The notes below the pieces were generated by a model. It worked only from the letters and a program-made list of their open reading frames with translations. It was not told the DNA's origin and did no database searches. From NCBI GenBank assembly GCA_963809665.1, contig CAWEKC010000004.1, positions 37,172 through 101,171 of the forward strand: a DNA stretch of 64,000 nucleotides, given 5' to 3'. The position numbers and the translations under genes are program-made. Origin of the DNA: Candidatus Gottesmanbacteria bacterium (GTDB taxonomy: Bacteria > Patescibacteriota > Microgenomatia > UBA10105 > UBA927). Below are positions 20,430 through 30,704 of the stretch, piece after piece. Every line of letters begins with the position of its first letter. Position 1 is the stretch's first letter.

Positions 20430-22076
20430 ATGCCCGTAACGAAATTTATATTTGTATCCGGTGGTGTAATTTCCGGCCTTGGAAAAGGAATCACAACCGC
20501 CTCTATCGCACTTCTCCTTCAGAACCGCGGGTACAGAATTACCACCGTTAAGTGTGAAAATTACCTCAACATAGATGCGGGTCTCATTAACCCAATCGAA
20601 CACGGTGACCCGTACCTCTGCGAAGACGGAACGGAGGCGGACATGGACATGGGTACCTATGAAAAATTCCTTGACACGAATATGTACAGGCACAACTTCA
20701 TCACAATGGGACAGATTTATAAAACCGTTATAGACCGCGAACGAAAGTTCGGATACGACGGAGAAGATGTGGAGGCAATCCCCCATGTGACGGATGAAAT
20801 ACTCAAACGGATCAAGGCGGCAGGAGAAAAAGAAAAAACTGATATCGTCGTCGTCGAATTGGGAGGAACTGCGGGTGAATATCAGAATGCGTTATATTAT
20901 GAAGCCTCACGGATTCTCGGACGGAATAAGAAAAATACTGTTATTCATGTCCATGTCTCTTATTTACCGACACCCTCCCACCTTGGGGAGCCGAAGACCA
21001 AACCGACGCAGTTATCCGTCCGGACGTTAAACTCCATGGGAATACAACCCGACTTCATTGTCGCCAGGGCCGAAAAGGCCATGGACGAGCGGCGCCGTGC
21101 CCGTTTTGCACTTTTTTGCAATGTCGAACCGGAAAACGTGATAGACAGTATCGATCTGCCCAGTGCATATGAAACTCCCATATATCTTGCCAAACAAAAA
21201 CTTGATGAAAAGATTTTGACAATGATGAATTTACCGTTTAATTCAATTGATCTTTCCGATTGGGAGACTATGGTCGGTACAATTAAAAAGAAAAAGGAAA
21301 CACATAAAACCGTTGCAATCGTCGGCAAATATTTTGCCACAGGAGAATACCAGCTCCGGGATAGTTATGCGGCACTTATGGATGCCATTGACCACGCGGC
21401 ATGGGTGAAGGGTGTGGATGTTACGGTCAAGTGGATTCAGGCGGAAAAACTTGAGAAGGGTGATCTAGCCGAATTAAACGGTGTGGATGGTATCATCGTT
21501 CCCATCGGGTGGGGTCCGAGGGGCGTTGAAGGAAAAATTTCCGCAATTAACTTCGCACGTATCCATAAAATACCCTATCTGGGGCTTTGTTACGGCATGC
21601 AGCTTGCCGTTGTTGAATATGCCAGAAACGTTCTTCATCTAAAAGGCGCCAACACGCTTGAAGTTGATGCAGATACTGCTCACCCGGTCATACATATGAT
21701 AAACGGTCAGGATGAAATTCTTAAACGACGTGCATACGGAGGAACGATGCGCCTGGGCAGATGGGAATGCAAAGTGAAACCGAACTCCATTGCTGATGCA
21801 AGCTATATAAAGCACAAGGGCTATGACGACCCAAAAAATAAAATTGTCGGGGAACGGCACCGGCACCGGTATGAGTTTAACGACGCGTACGCGAAACAAT
21901 TTGAATCGGCTGGCTTGATCATTGCAGGCCGGTCCGTTGTCGAAAACCTCGCAGAAATTATTGAATTACCTAGATCCGTCCATCCGTTTTTTATCGGGAC
22001 TCAGTATCATCCGGAATACCGTTCCAGACCGCTGAAACCCCATGCACTATTCGTTGAGTTTGTAGCAGCTCTGTGA
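20430..22076 (+). CDS. pyrG: CTP synthase
   Basis: FVSGGVISGLGKG, KTKPTQ, LGLCYGMQ, ERHRHRYE, QYHPE. Confidence 0.97.
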   Translation: MPVTKFIFVSGGVISGLGKGITTASIALLLQNRGYRITTVKCENYLNIDAGLINPIEHGDPYLCEDGTEADMDMGTYEKFLDTNMYRHNFITMGQIYKTVIDRERKFGYDGEDVEAIPHVTDEILKRIKAAGEKEKTDIVVVELGGTAGEYQNALYYEASRILGRNKKNTVIHVHVSYLPTPSHLGEPKTKPTQLSVRTLNSMGIQPDFIVARAEKAMDERRRARFALFCNVEPENVIDSIDLPSAYETPIYLAKQKLDEKILTMMNLPFNSIDLSDWETMVGTIKKKKETHKTVAIVGKYFATGEYQLRDSYAALMDAIDHAAWVKGVDVTVKWIQAEKLEKGDLAELNGVDGIIVPIGWGPRGVEGKISAINFARIHKIPYLGLCYGMQLAVVEYARNVLHLKGANTLEVDADTAHPVIHMINGQDEILKRRAYGGTMRLGRWECKVKPNSIADASYIKHKGYDDPKNKIVGERHRHRYEFNDAYAKQFESAGLIIAGRSVVENLAEIIELPRSVHPFFIGTQYHPEYRSRPLKPHALFVEFVAAL

Positions 22077-22627
22077 AAACATATACAGCTACTATCTGCG
22101 GATATACGCGAAAGATACCTCTGGTCCATAACAGCAGACGCACCCTGCTTGCAAATATAACATTCCTCGGAGACATTGAGCTCGTTAATTGTTTAGCGGA
22201 TAAACTGGCTGACAGATTTAAAGACATACACGTTGACTTTTTTGTCTGTCCCCACGTCAAAGTGACACCGCTGGTTCACGGTGTCGCGCTCCGTCTCGGG
22301 CACAAACGATTTGTAGTACTTCGGAGAAGTGTGAAACCATATATGGATGCTCCGGTGATTCTACGACCTCTCCCCGATATGCCCAAGCATGTCCAGCCGT
22401 TGGTAATAAACGGCCGCGATGCAAACCTGCTGAAAAATAAACAGGTTATCGTGATAGATGATGTGATATCCACCGGTACAACCATGCGCATGGTCGATAA
22501 ACTCATGGAAAAAGTCGGGGCAACCGTCCTTCTTAACGTTGCCGTTGTGAAGCAGGGTGTTCAACAGGAACAGATCGATCATCTCGTTTCGCTGTGCGAA
22601 TTTCCCATATTCAATGTAGAGTCTTGA
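22073..22627 (+). CDS. Type I phosphoribosyltransferase, adenine PRT-like
   Basis: VIVIDDVISTGTT; VVLRRSVKPYM. Confidence 0.85.
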   Translation: MKTYTATICGYTRKIPLVHNSRRTLLANITFLGDIELVNCLADKLADRFKDIHVDFFVCPHVKVTPLVHGVALRLGHKRFVVLRRSVKPYMDAPVILRPLPDMPKHVQPLVINGRDANLLKNKQVIVIDDVISTGTTMRMVDKLMEKVGATVLLNVAVVKQGVQQEQIDHLVSLCEFPIFNVES

Positions 22628-22750
22628 CAAAACTAGGAGAATTCATTTATTCTAATTTTATAACAGCGTAATATCCCGTGCCTTACGGGGCAGATCATTA
22701 TGGATAAGGTAAAAAACATGCCAGCCGTGTTATTTTTTCGTTTTCAAGAA
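22624..22750 (+). promoter_or_regulatory. Promoter and structured leader of pur operon (unclassified riboswitch/attenuator candidate)
   Basis: TTGACA(22624)-18-TATTCT; ATAACA/TGTTAT closing helix; CCCGTG/TACGGG hairpin. Confidence 0.6.
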
Positions 22751-22752
22751 TG

Positions 22753-22776
22753 TCCCGCGCTATGGCGGGATTTTTT
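22753..22776 (+). terminator. Intrinsic terminator immediately before purF ATG
   Basis: TCCCGC-GCTATG-GCGGGA-T6. Confidence 0.8.
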
Positions 22777-24258
22777 ATGCGTACAATAGAAGCAATTGAG
22801 CGCGAGCCGTTGTTGGATCACTGCGGTATAGTCGGCATAATGAGTTCGCAGCCACTGGAATTATTCAATGTCGGGCTCAATGGTCTTGCGGCTCTTCAAA
22901 CTCGGGGTCAGGATGGAGCGGGATTTTGCGCACTTACAGATGAAGGATCCATAGTCTCGTATAAAGCAACGGGCATGATTCCAAACGTATTTACCGACGA
23001 GGTTAAAGAAACATACCGCAGAACATCGGCACGAGTGTTCGGTTACCAGACGCGATACGGAACAAACGGCTCATTTCACCCGGAAAACACCCAGCCGTTC
23101 AGTGCGTTGCATGAGCCGTCCGGAGAATCTTTTTTTGTCGCCCACAACGGGGAATTTTCCGTAAAACCAGGGGACATGGACACAAAAGCGAGCGATACCG
23201 CCAAGTTTGTACGTTCGCTGGCGCGGACTCCCGGTGATACGTGGGAATCGCGTATTCATGAAGCTCTGTCACACGAAAACGGAGCATGGAGTTTGATTAT
23301 CGGTACCGGCAATGCACTCTATTTATCCCGTGATCCGCGCGGTATCCGCCCGCTGTCATTCGGTTTCTATGCCGACCCCGAGAGCCAGGCAACTGTTTGG
23401 GCTGCGGCAAGCGAAACGTCTGCACTCGAGGCAATGCGTGTACGGGTATATTATGACGTAAAACCCGGGGAGATGATCCGTATCGATGCCAAAGGCGCAC
23501 ATTCGCTTGCCGATAATACGACCCTTTCAAAAAAAGGAGTCATCTATGCAGCATGCTCGTTTGAAGGAATATATATCGAAGAAAATTCATCCGTATTACA
23601 TCAGCCAAGAAATTCCCGTGAGCAACAAAATGCTCCGAAAGTTCAGGAATTCCGTTGTACATGCGGCAGGATTCTTGCGCGGGAATCACCGCTATCACCC
23701 GATGATGTCGATTTCGCAATAGGTATACCGGGAACCGGAATCGACGGCGGGGAAGCCTACGCCCACGTTCTGGAGATTCCGTATATCCAGGCAATTTCAG
23801 ACCGTCTTCCTCAAAATGATCCCCGTACATTTATGACAGCTGATATTGACACAATTTTACAAAAAGTCCTGATGCATTTTAAATTTGACGCAGACGTACT
23901 GCAGGGAAAACGTGTGGTGTTAATCGATGATTCCATCGTACGGGGCAATATTATGACCGGACTTGTCAGGTTGTTAAAAGAACAGTACGGGGTGAGCTCA
24001 GTTCATATACGGATTTTAAGCCCGATGATAGACGATTCGTGTTTCCTGGGAGTAAATACACGGACCAGAGAACAACTTATTGCGTATCGTGAAAATGACG
24101 ATGTGGAGCGCATACGGACCGTTCTTGGGGCGGACTCTCTGGCCTATTTATCTACGGACGGATTGAAACAAGCCTTCGGTGATAACCCGGATGGGTATTG
24201 TTACGGATGCATGATCGGACACCATCCGCCGTTTGACCGGACTGGAAATCCATTATGA
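22777..24258 (+). CDS. purF: Amidophosphoribosyltransferase
   Basis: Propeptide then DHCGIVG, LQTRGQDGAG, RDPRGIRPL, LIDDSIVRG, Fe-S cysteines. Confidence 0.95.
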   Translation: MRTIEAIEREPLLDHCGIVGIMSSQPLELFNVGLNGLAALQTRGQDGAGFCALTDEGSIVSYKATGMIPNVFTDEVKETYRRTSARVFGYQTRYGTNGSFHPENTQPFSALHEPSGESFFVAHNGEFSVKPGDMDTKASDTAKFVRSLARTPGDTWESRIHEALSHENGAWSLIIGTGNALYLSRDPRGIRPLSFGFYADPESQATVWAAASETSALEAMRVRVYYDVKPGEMIRIDAKGAHSLADNTTLSKKGVIYAACSFEGIYIEENSSVLHQPRNSREQQNAPKVQEFRCTCGRILARESPLSPDDVDFAIGIPGTGIDGGEAYAHVLEIPYIQAISDRLPQNDPRTFMTADIDTILQKVLMHFKFDADVLQGKRVVLIDDSIVRGNIMTGLVRLLKEQYGVSSVHIRILSPMIDDSCFLGVNTRTREQLIAYRENDDVERIRTVLGADSLAYLSTDGLKQAFGDNPDGYCYGCMIGHHPPFDRTGNPL

Positions 24259-24959
24259 CAACCCACGAATCGTTACGGACGGCATTTTTGATATCGGGCA
24301 ACGGCAGTACGATGGAGGCCGCGGTTTTGGCAAGTAAGCGGTATTCCGATATGCATATTGACCCGGTTGTCGTTATTTCCAGCCGTCCGGACGCTCCCGG
24401 ACTGGACCGCGCACGGGCATTAGGGATTCCGGCGGAGGTATTCGTAAAAGGCGATTCACTGCTTGATTTGCTGAAAAAAAATAACGTCGAGCTGGTGGCT
24501 CAAACCGGATGGTTATTACAAACACCTCCCGAGGTTATCGAACAGTACCGCGGGATGATAATAAACCAGCACCCCGGCCGTTTGCCTGATTTCGGCGGAA
24601 AAGGAATGTACGGGGCACGAGTGACCTGTGCAACGATTGTGTTCCAGCATATGACGGGTGAACAGCATCCGTGGACCGCAAGTACCATTCATCATGTAAC
24701 AAGCGAATATGATGCGGGCGATGTCATCCAGGTATCACGGCTCAATATACTTGACTCTACGGGTGATCTGCTAACTGCAACACGACAAACGCAGAATCGT
24801 CTGCTACCCGTGGAACACGATAATGTCATAAGTGTGTTATATCGTTTTGGTAACAATTCGGTACCGCGGTCCATTCGTTCCCATTCATTTGTCAACGGGT
24901 CAGAAAAACTGTTGTTACAGGCAAAACAGATTGCCGTTCAATTATTTCCGAAGGGATAG
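24255..24959 (+). CDS. purN: GAR formyltransferase
   Basis: LISGNGSTM, INQHPG.LP.FGGKGMYG, TIHHV..YDAG. Confidence 0.92.
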   Translation: MTTHESLRTAFLISGNGSTMEAAVLASKRYSDMHIDPVVVISSRPDAPGLDRARALGIPAEVFVKGDSLLDLLKKNNVELVAQTGWLLQTPPEVIEQYRGMIINQHPGRLPDFGGKGMYGARVTCATIVFQHMTGEQHPWTASTIHHVTSEYDAGDVIQVSRLNILDSTGDLLTATRQTQNRLLPVEHDNVISVLYRFGNNSVPRSIRSHSFVNGSEKLLLQAKQIAVQLFPKG

Positions 24960-26488
24960 ATATAAACAAAAAGTACGCGCTTATTTCAGTATTTGATAAA
25001 ACAGGAATAGTAGATTTTGCAGGGAAGATTATTGCGGCCGGATATACGGTGATGTCGACAGGAGGTACCGGAAAACTGCTCCGCACGGCACATATTCCAT
25101 ACATCCCCGTCGAAACCATTACGGGAAATCCCGAAAGCTTTGACGGCCGGATGAAAACGATCAGCTTCCAGATAGAAGGTGGTATTTTATTTGACCGCTC
25201 CAATCAAAAGCACAGAAAAGATGCAAAAGCTATGCATATCCCCCCCATTGATGTTGTCATTTGTAACCTGTACCCGTTTGAGAAAACACCTTCGATCGAG
25301 AATATTGACGTCGGAGGTCCGACAATGGTGCGTGCGGCTGCCAAAAATTTTAAACATGTGTTAGTGATCGTTGATCCGGCGGATTATACGAGGATTTCCG
25401 GATTGATGAGAAAAAAACGTGTTGATGAAGTCCTGCGACAAGAGCTTGCTGCCAAAGCGTTTGCTCACCTATCCCTGTACGACGCATTAGTTGCCCGGTA
25501 TTTAAACAGAGAAAAATATCCTGATGTTCTGACAATTCCTCTGCGGAAGAAAGAACAACTAAGATACGGAGACAATCCTGATCAATCAGCGGTATGGTAC
25601 GTTGAACCCGGAACCGATGCGGTCATGCCACATTTGACCATCCGTGCCGGAAGAGTTCTGTCGGCTACAAATATGAGCGATATCGATGCCGGAATTAAAT
25701 CCGTACGGCTATTCCGTGGTCCCGCTGCAACGGTTATTAAACATAACAGCCCGTGCGGCATCGGGTTGGGAAAAACCGGACACGAGGCACTAAAGAATGC
25801 GCTTGAATCCGATCCGGAATCAGCATTCGGCGGTGTTGTTGTTATGAATGTTCCGATGACCATACGGGCGGCTGTCGTTATTGCCGCCTTCAAAGAGCAA
25901 GGTCGCGGCATGATGGATATTGTTGCAGTTCCCGATATTACCGACGACGCGCTTGCAATGGTAACAAAAGTACGGAAAACCACAGGGGTCTATACGTTCG
26001 GCGTTATTCGACCCCATTCTCCGAACAAACGGTTCGTGCGATGGATAGACGGCGGAATCATTCTTCAAAACGAAAATAATCCTACTGATAGTCTTACAAC
26101 ATGGAAGGTTGTTACAAATAAACGGCCCACAAAACGTCAGCTTGAACAAATGAAAATTATCTGGACTGCCATCGCCAGAATCCGCTCCAATACTGTCGCA
26201 GTCATCGATCGTAAACTGCCGATTATCAGAGGCATCGGGTCGGGCCAGACGTCCCGTGTACTTGCAACGAAAATTGCATTGGAACGGGCCGGTACGTTTA
26301 CCCGTGGTGGAATTCTGGCAAGCGATAGCTTTTTTCCTTTTGATGACAGCATAAAGCTTGCCGCAAAGGCAGGTATTGCTGCCATCATCCAACAAGGAGG
26401 ATCAATCCGTGACAAGGATTCCATTGACGCCGCAAATGCCGCAGGAATCTCAATGGTTTTCACCGGCCAGCGGCTTTTTTGGCATTAG
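24956..26488 (+). CDS. purH: Bifunctional IMP cyclohydrolase/AICAR formyltransferase; conserved N-terminus lacks a canonical start codon
   Basis: YALISVFDKTG in frame upstream of called start 25049; STGGT, IDVGGPTMVRAAAKN, LRYGDNP, SDSFFPF. Confidence 0.93.
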   Translation: MDINKKYALISVFDKTGIVDFAGKIIAAGYTVMSTGGTGKLLRTAHIPYIPVETITGNPESFDGRMKTISFQIEGGILFDRSNQKHRKDAKAMHIPPIDVVICNLYPFEKTPSIENIDVGGPTMVRAAAKNFKHVLVIVDPADYTRISGLMRKKRVDEVLRQELAAKAFAHLSLYDALVARYLNREKYPDVLTIPLRKKEQLRYGDNPDQSAVWYVEPGTDAVMPHLTIRAGRVLSATNMSDIDAGIKSVRLFRGPAATVIKHNSPCGIGLGKTGHEALKNALESDPESAFGGVVVMNVPMTIRAAVVIAAFKEQGRGMMDIVAVPDITDDALAMVTKVRKTTGVYTFGVIRPHSPNKRFVRWIDGGIILQNENNPTDSLTTWKVVTNKRPTKRQLEQMKIIWTAIARIRSNTVAVIDRKLPIIRGIGSGQTSRVLATKIALERAGTFTRGGILASDSFFPFDDSIKLAAKAGIAAIIQQGGSIRDKDSIDAANAAGISMVFTGQRLFWH

Positions 26489-26492
26489 CAGT

Positions 26493-27755
26493 ATGAAGGA
26501 AAAAATCCTGGTTATCGGCGGAGGCGGAAGGGAACATGCAATCGGATGGAAATTAGCAACGGAGGCCCCTACACGTGAACTTTATTTTGCACCGGGCAAC
26601 GGCGGGACCCAAACCATCGGCAAAAATCTGGATATCCCGGTGACGGATACAACAGGACTTACGCGTTTTGCTTCCGATAATAATATAGATGTAACCGTTG
26701 TCGGCCCGGAAGCATCGCTTGAAGCCGGTGTCGTTGACGCATTTAATGAAGAAAACCTTCCCATATTCGGACCATCACGCAGTGCTGCCCGGCTTGAAAC
26801 GGATAAAGCGTTTGCGGTGCGGTTTATGGAAACCTACGGAATACCTCATCCTGAATCCGTACCATTCACCGATTTTGATAAGGCAAAAGAATATATATTG
26901 CGTAAAGGAGCCTGTCAAATTGTTATCAAAGCGTCGGGGTTAGCAAGCGGTAAAGGAGTATTTTTACCGGAAAACGATACCGAAGCGTTTCAGATACTCG
27001 ATAACTTACTGTGTAAACATACGCTATCCGCGGCCGGTGAAACAGTAGTTTTACAGGAACGGTTAATGGGACCTGAAATATCCATGCTCGCATTCAGTGA
27101 CGGGAATCGCGTGATCCCGCTTCTTCCGGCACAGGATCATAAACGATTATATGAGGATGATGCCGGACCAAATACCGGAGGGATGGGGACGGTTGCCGGT
27201 GTGCCTTTTGTAACACCTGACATGATGCATGAGATTCACAGGACAATCCTGCAGCCCACGGTTGACGGCATGCGGGACGAAGGATGTCCGTATAAAGGAA
27301 TTCTGTTTGCCGGTCTTATGATGACACGGTCGGGGCCATCGGTCCTGGAATATAACGCACGCTTCGGTGATCCGGAAACACAACCGCTCCTCATGCTCAT
27401 GCGTTCTCCGCTTGCTCCCATACTTCGGTCGTGCATTGCAGAATCATTGAATGAAAATCAGATTATGTTTAAAAACGGATCGGCTGCATGCGTCGTCTTG
27501 GCAAGTGAAGGATATCCGGATGCACCCGTTCTCGGGCGGGAAATATTCGGTTTAAATTCGGTCGCTGATCCCAATATAATTGTATTTCATGCGGGAACGA
27601 TACTGAAAAACGGGCATCTGACAACCCACGGCGGACGCGTGTTGGGAGTGACCGCATATGATAAGACTCTTCAGGGAGCTCTGAGCCGTGCATACGCCGC
27701 CATCGGTCCGGACGGCATACATTTTGACGGAATGCACTACAGAACTGATCTATGA
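26493..27755 (+). CDS. purD: Phosphoribosylamine-glycine ligase
   Basis: ILVIGGGGREHA, KASGLASGKGV, QDHKR..GPNTGGMG, EYNARFGDPETQ. Confidence 0.97.
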   Translation: MKEKILVIGGGGREHAIGWKLATEAPTRELYFAPGNGGTQTIGKNLDIPVTDTTGLTRFASDNNIDVTVVGPEASLEAGVVDAFNEENLPIFGPSRSAARLETDKAFAVRFMETYGIPHPESVPFTDFDKAKEYILRKGACQIVIKASGLASGKGVFLPENDTEAFQILDNLLCKHTLSAAGETVVLQERLMGPEISMLAFSDGNRVIPLLPAQDHKRLYEDDAGPNTGGMGTVAGVPFVTPDMMHEIHRTILQPTVDGMRDEGCPYKGILFAGLMMTRSGPSVLEYNARFGDPETQPLLMLMRSPLAPILRSCIAESLNENQIMFKNGSAACVVLASEGYPDAPVLGREIFGLNSVADPNIIVFHAGTILKNGHLTTHGGRVLGVTAYDKTLQGALSRAYAAIGPDGIHFDGMHYRTDL

Positions 27756-30703
27756 TTACCCGTATTGAAATAACTTCAACAATTCCCGATCCGAGGGCAG
27801 AAGTATTGACGGATCGATTGATTCATTCCGGGTACAAGATCTCGGTTGCCGGAGTGACGGACGTCTATACAATTGACAAACAACTCGACAAAACAATGCT
27901 ACGGATTGTTGCTTCGATTCTCACTGATGCTAACGTCCAGAGATTCGACATGCTGCGCCCTGCCGCACCCGGAAAATTTGACTGGGCTGTCGAAATCGGA
28001 AATCTGCCGGGTGTCACTGATAATGTTGCAACTACTGCGCGTGAAATAATTTCAGACCGTCTGCACGTCACGTTTACCGGATCTGAGAATATGTATACAT
28101 CGATTGTATATTTTATTCGGGGCAGGCTTTCCGAACTATCCGTCCGTCGCATGGCAAGCGAATTGTATAACCCGTTGATCCAGCGTTCGGAGGTAAAATC
28201 ACGAAACATATTCATCCGGGATAAAGGAATGGGTCATTTTGTTCCGAAAGTAACATTATACGGTTCCGCAGATGTCAGTACGGTAAACCTCAACATGCCC
28301 GATACTACACTCGCGTCAATCAGCGCGTCCGGGATACAAAATACCGACGGTACACGCCGCGGACCACTCGCTTTAAGCACCCGTGCCATGAAAACAATCG
28401 CGCATTATTTTATGCATAAACACCGGAGCCCTACGGATATCGAGCTTGAGTCGATCGCACAAACGTGGAGTGAACATTGCAAGCATATTATTTTTAACTC
28501 CCCTTTAGATGATTTCAAAGAAGGACTTTTCCGGCACTACATTAAACGCGCAACTGATGAAATCCGGGCGAAAAAAGGTAAAAAAGATTTTTGTGTTTCG
28601 GTATTTGCCGACAACTCCGGAGCCATCCGGTTAAACAAGACATTTCTCCTGACACATAAAGTTGAAACACACAACAGCCCGTCAGCACTGGACCCGTTCG
28701 GCGGGTCCGTAACGGGAATTGTCGGTGTCAACCGTGACACGATAGGTTTCGGTCTCGGCGCCAAGCCAATCATAAACGTATACGGTTTTTGCCTTGCGGA
28801 TCCCGACTCGAAAATTAAGCTGTATAAAGGAGCGAAGAAAACTCTGCCGATGCTCACATCGCGCAGAATTCTAGACGGTGTCGCAGGCGGAGTAAATAGC
28901 GGGGGAAACTGTTCAGGAATTCCGACTCCGTTGGGTTTTCTATACTTTGATGAGCGGTTCAGAGGAAAACCATTGGTGTTTGTGGGAACACTCGGTTTGA
29001 TTCCAGTGCGTTTACATAACAGAAAATCGTATATGAAAAAAGCAAAACCCGCGGACTATATAGTTATGGTCGGTGGAAGAGTCGGCCTGGACGGCATTCA
29101 CGGCGCAACGTTTTCCTCCGAAGCTCTGTCAGCCGGCAGTCCCGCTACAGCCGTACAGATCGGTGATCCGATTACGCAGAAAAAGCTAAGCGATGCCATA
29201 GTCAAGGAAGCCCGTGATCTTAACCTTTATTCAAGTATTACGGATAACGGTGCAGGCGGTCTGTCCTGCTCAGTCGCTGAAATGGCGAAAGAATCCGGCG
29301 GGTGCGTCGTACAGCTTGACCGTGTACCGCTCAAATACCAAGGGCTTGCGCCGTGGCAGATCTGGATTTCCGAATCGCAGGAACGCATGACTGTATCTGT
29401 ACCCAAAAAAAAGTGGCAAAGGTTTTACACCCTTATGAAAAGCCGCGGCGTAGAGGCAACGGTCATCGGTACGTTTACAAATTCCCATAAATGTATTGTC
29501 CGGTATAAGGGTAAAACCGTTATGGATATTGATATGGATTTCCTGCATAACGGCTTTCCGTACGACCATTTACAGACAAAACCGGTGGTACGTACATATG
29601 CAGAACCCTCTTATACAAATAAATCAAATTACACCCCAGATATACTCAAGGTTATGGCAAGTAGAAATATAGCGGGGTGTCCGTTTTTAGCCAGACAATA
29701 TGACCATGAGGTGCAGGGCACGTCCGTAACCAAACCCTTACAAGGTAGAGGTCAGGTGAATGCGGATGCAACCGTATCACGTCCAATCCTATCCGACCAA
29801 ATTGGCGTTGCTCTTTCGTTCGGTCTGGCCCCTTCGTACGGGGACATCGATATGTATGCTTCAGCTGCCGCTTCTTTGGACACTGCTGTCCGTGCGTGCA
29901 TTGTTGCCGGAGCAGATCCGGACCGTATTGCACTTCTGGATAATTTTTGCTGGTCTCAAAGCCGCAATCCGGAACGGTTATATGAGCTCAAACAAGCGGC
30001 GCGCGCGTGTTTCGATTTGGCCCTTGTGTACGGAACCCCGTTCATTTCCGGTAAAGACAGTATGTATAACGAGTTTGCAGGTTTCGATGCATTCAGTAAA
30101 CCCGTCACCGTCGCAATTCCGCCTACCGTATTGATTTCCGGTCTCGGCATTCTTGATGATTGCGCCGACACGGTCACATTGGATGCAAAAATGCCCAAGG
30201 ATCTTGTATATATTTTGGGGAATACGTTTAATGAACTCGGCGGGAGCCAGTGGTATGCGCTGTCCGGTGCGATAGGCAATACCGTTCCCAACGTACGGGC
30301 CCGTGAAAACATTTATCTTTACCGGAGATATTACATGCTTGTGAAACATCATCTGCTCGTTTCCGGCCAAAGTGTCGGCAAAGGGGGGCTTGCAGCAGCA
30401 CTAGTTAAAACCTCACTCGGCGGACGTCTGGGCATGTATTTGACGCTCCCTACTCTTCCGGGAAACGTCAAGGGATCAGCCGAAACATTATTTTCCGAAT
30501 CGCAGGGAAGAATAGTTGTAACGGTGGCGCCTCATAACAAGAAAAGGTTTGAAAAATTGCTTGTAGATATCCCGCACAGCTATCTCGGAACGGTATCAGA
30601 GGACGGGAAATTTATTATAAAAAATGCCTACGGTTCACCGATAATAGATACGACTATCGACAGATTATGTGCATCGTATCAAACGGCTTTTGCCGGATAT
30701 TAA
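27752..30703 (+). CDS. purL: FGAM synthase PurL with N-terminal PurS-like domains
   Basis: QTWSEHCKH, KVETHNSPSA, DNGAGG, SESQERM, ISGKDS; N-term EIGNLPGVTD. Confidence 0.95.
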   Translation: MITRIEITSTIPDPRAEVLTDRLIHSGYKISVAGVTDVYTIDKQLDKTMLRIVASILTDANVQRFDMLRPAAPGKFDWAVEIGNLPGVTDNVATTAREIISDRLHVTFTGSENMYTSIVYFIRGRLSELSVRRMASELYNPLIQRSEVKSRNIFIRDKGMGHFVPKVTLYGSADVSTVNLNMPDTTLASISASGIQNTDGTRRGPLALSTRAMKTIAHYFMHKHRSPTDIELESIAQTWSEHCKHIIFNSPLDDFKEGLFRHYIKRATDEIRAKKGKKDFCVSVFADNSGAIRLNKTFLLTHKVETHNSPSALDPFGGSVTGIVGVNRDTIGFGLGAKPIINVYGFCLADPDSKIKLYKGAKKTLPMLTSRRILDGVAGGVNSGGNCSGIPTPLGFLYFDERFRGKPLVFVGTLGLIPVRLHNRKSYMKKAKPADYIVMVGGRVGLDGIHGATFSSEALSAGSPATAVQIGDPITQKKLSDAIVKEARDLNLYSSITDNGAGGLSCSVAEMAKESGGCVVQLDRVPLKYQGLAPWQIWISESQERMTVSVPKKKWQRFYTLMKSRGVEATVIGTFTNSHKCIVRYKGKTVMDIDMDFLHNGFPYDHLQTKPVVRTYAEPSYTNKSNYTPDILKVMASRNIAGCPFLARQYDHEVQGTSVTKPLQGRGQVNADATVSRPILSDQIGVALSFGLAPSYGDIDMYASAAASLDTAVRACIVAGADPDRIALLDNFCWSQSRNPERLYELKQAARACFDLALVYGTPFISGKDSMYNEFAGFDAFSKPVTVAIPPTVLISGLGILDDCADTVTLDAKMPKDLVYILGNTFNELGGSQWYALSGAIGNTVPNVRARENIYLYRRYYMLVKHHLLVSGQSVGKGGLAAALVKTSLGGRLGMYLTLPTLPGNVKGSAETLFSESQGRIVVTVAPHNKKRFEKLLVDIPHSYLGTVSEDGKFIIKNAYGSPIIDTTIDRLCASYQTAFAGY

Positions 30704-30704
30704 T

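Noticed and set aside
22654-22740. Canonical guanine or ZTP riboswitch
   Set aside because: Lacks the purine-aptamer loops and GUUUCUAC junction and the ZTP CGCCUGGG element; kept as unclassified.
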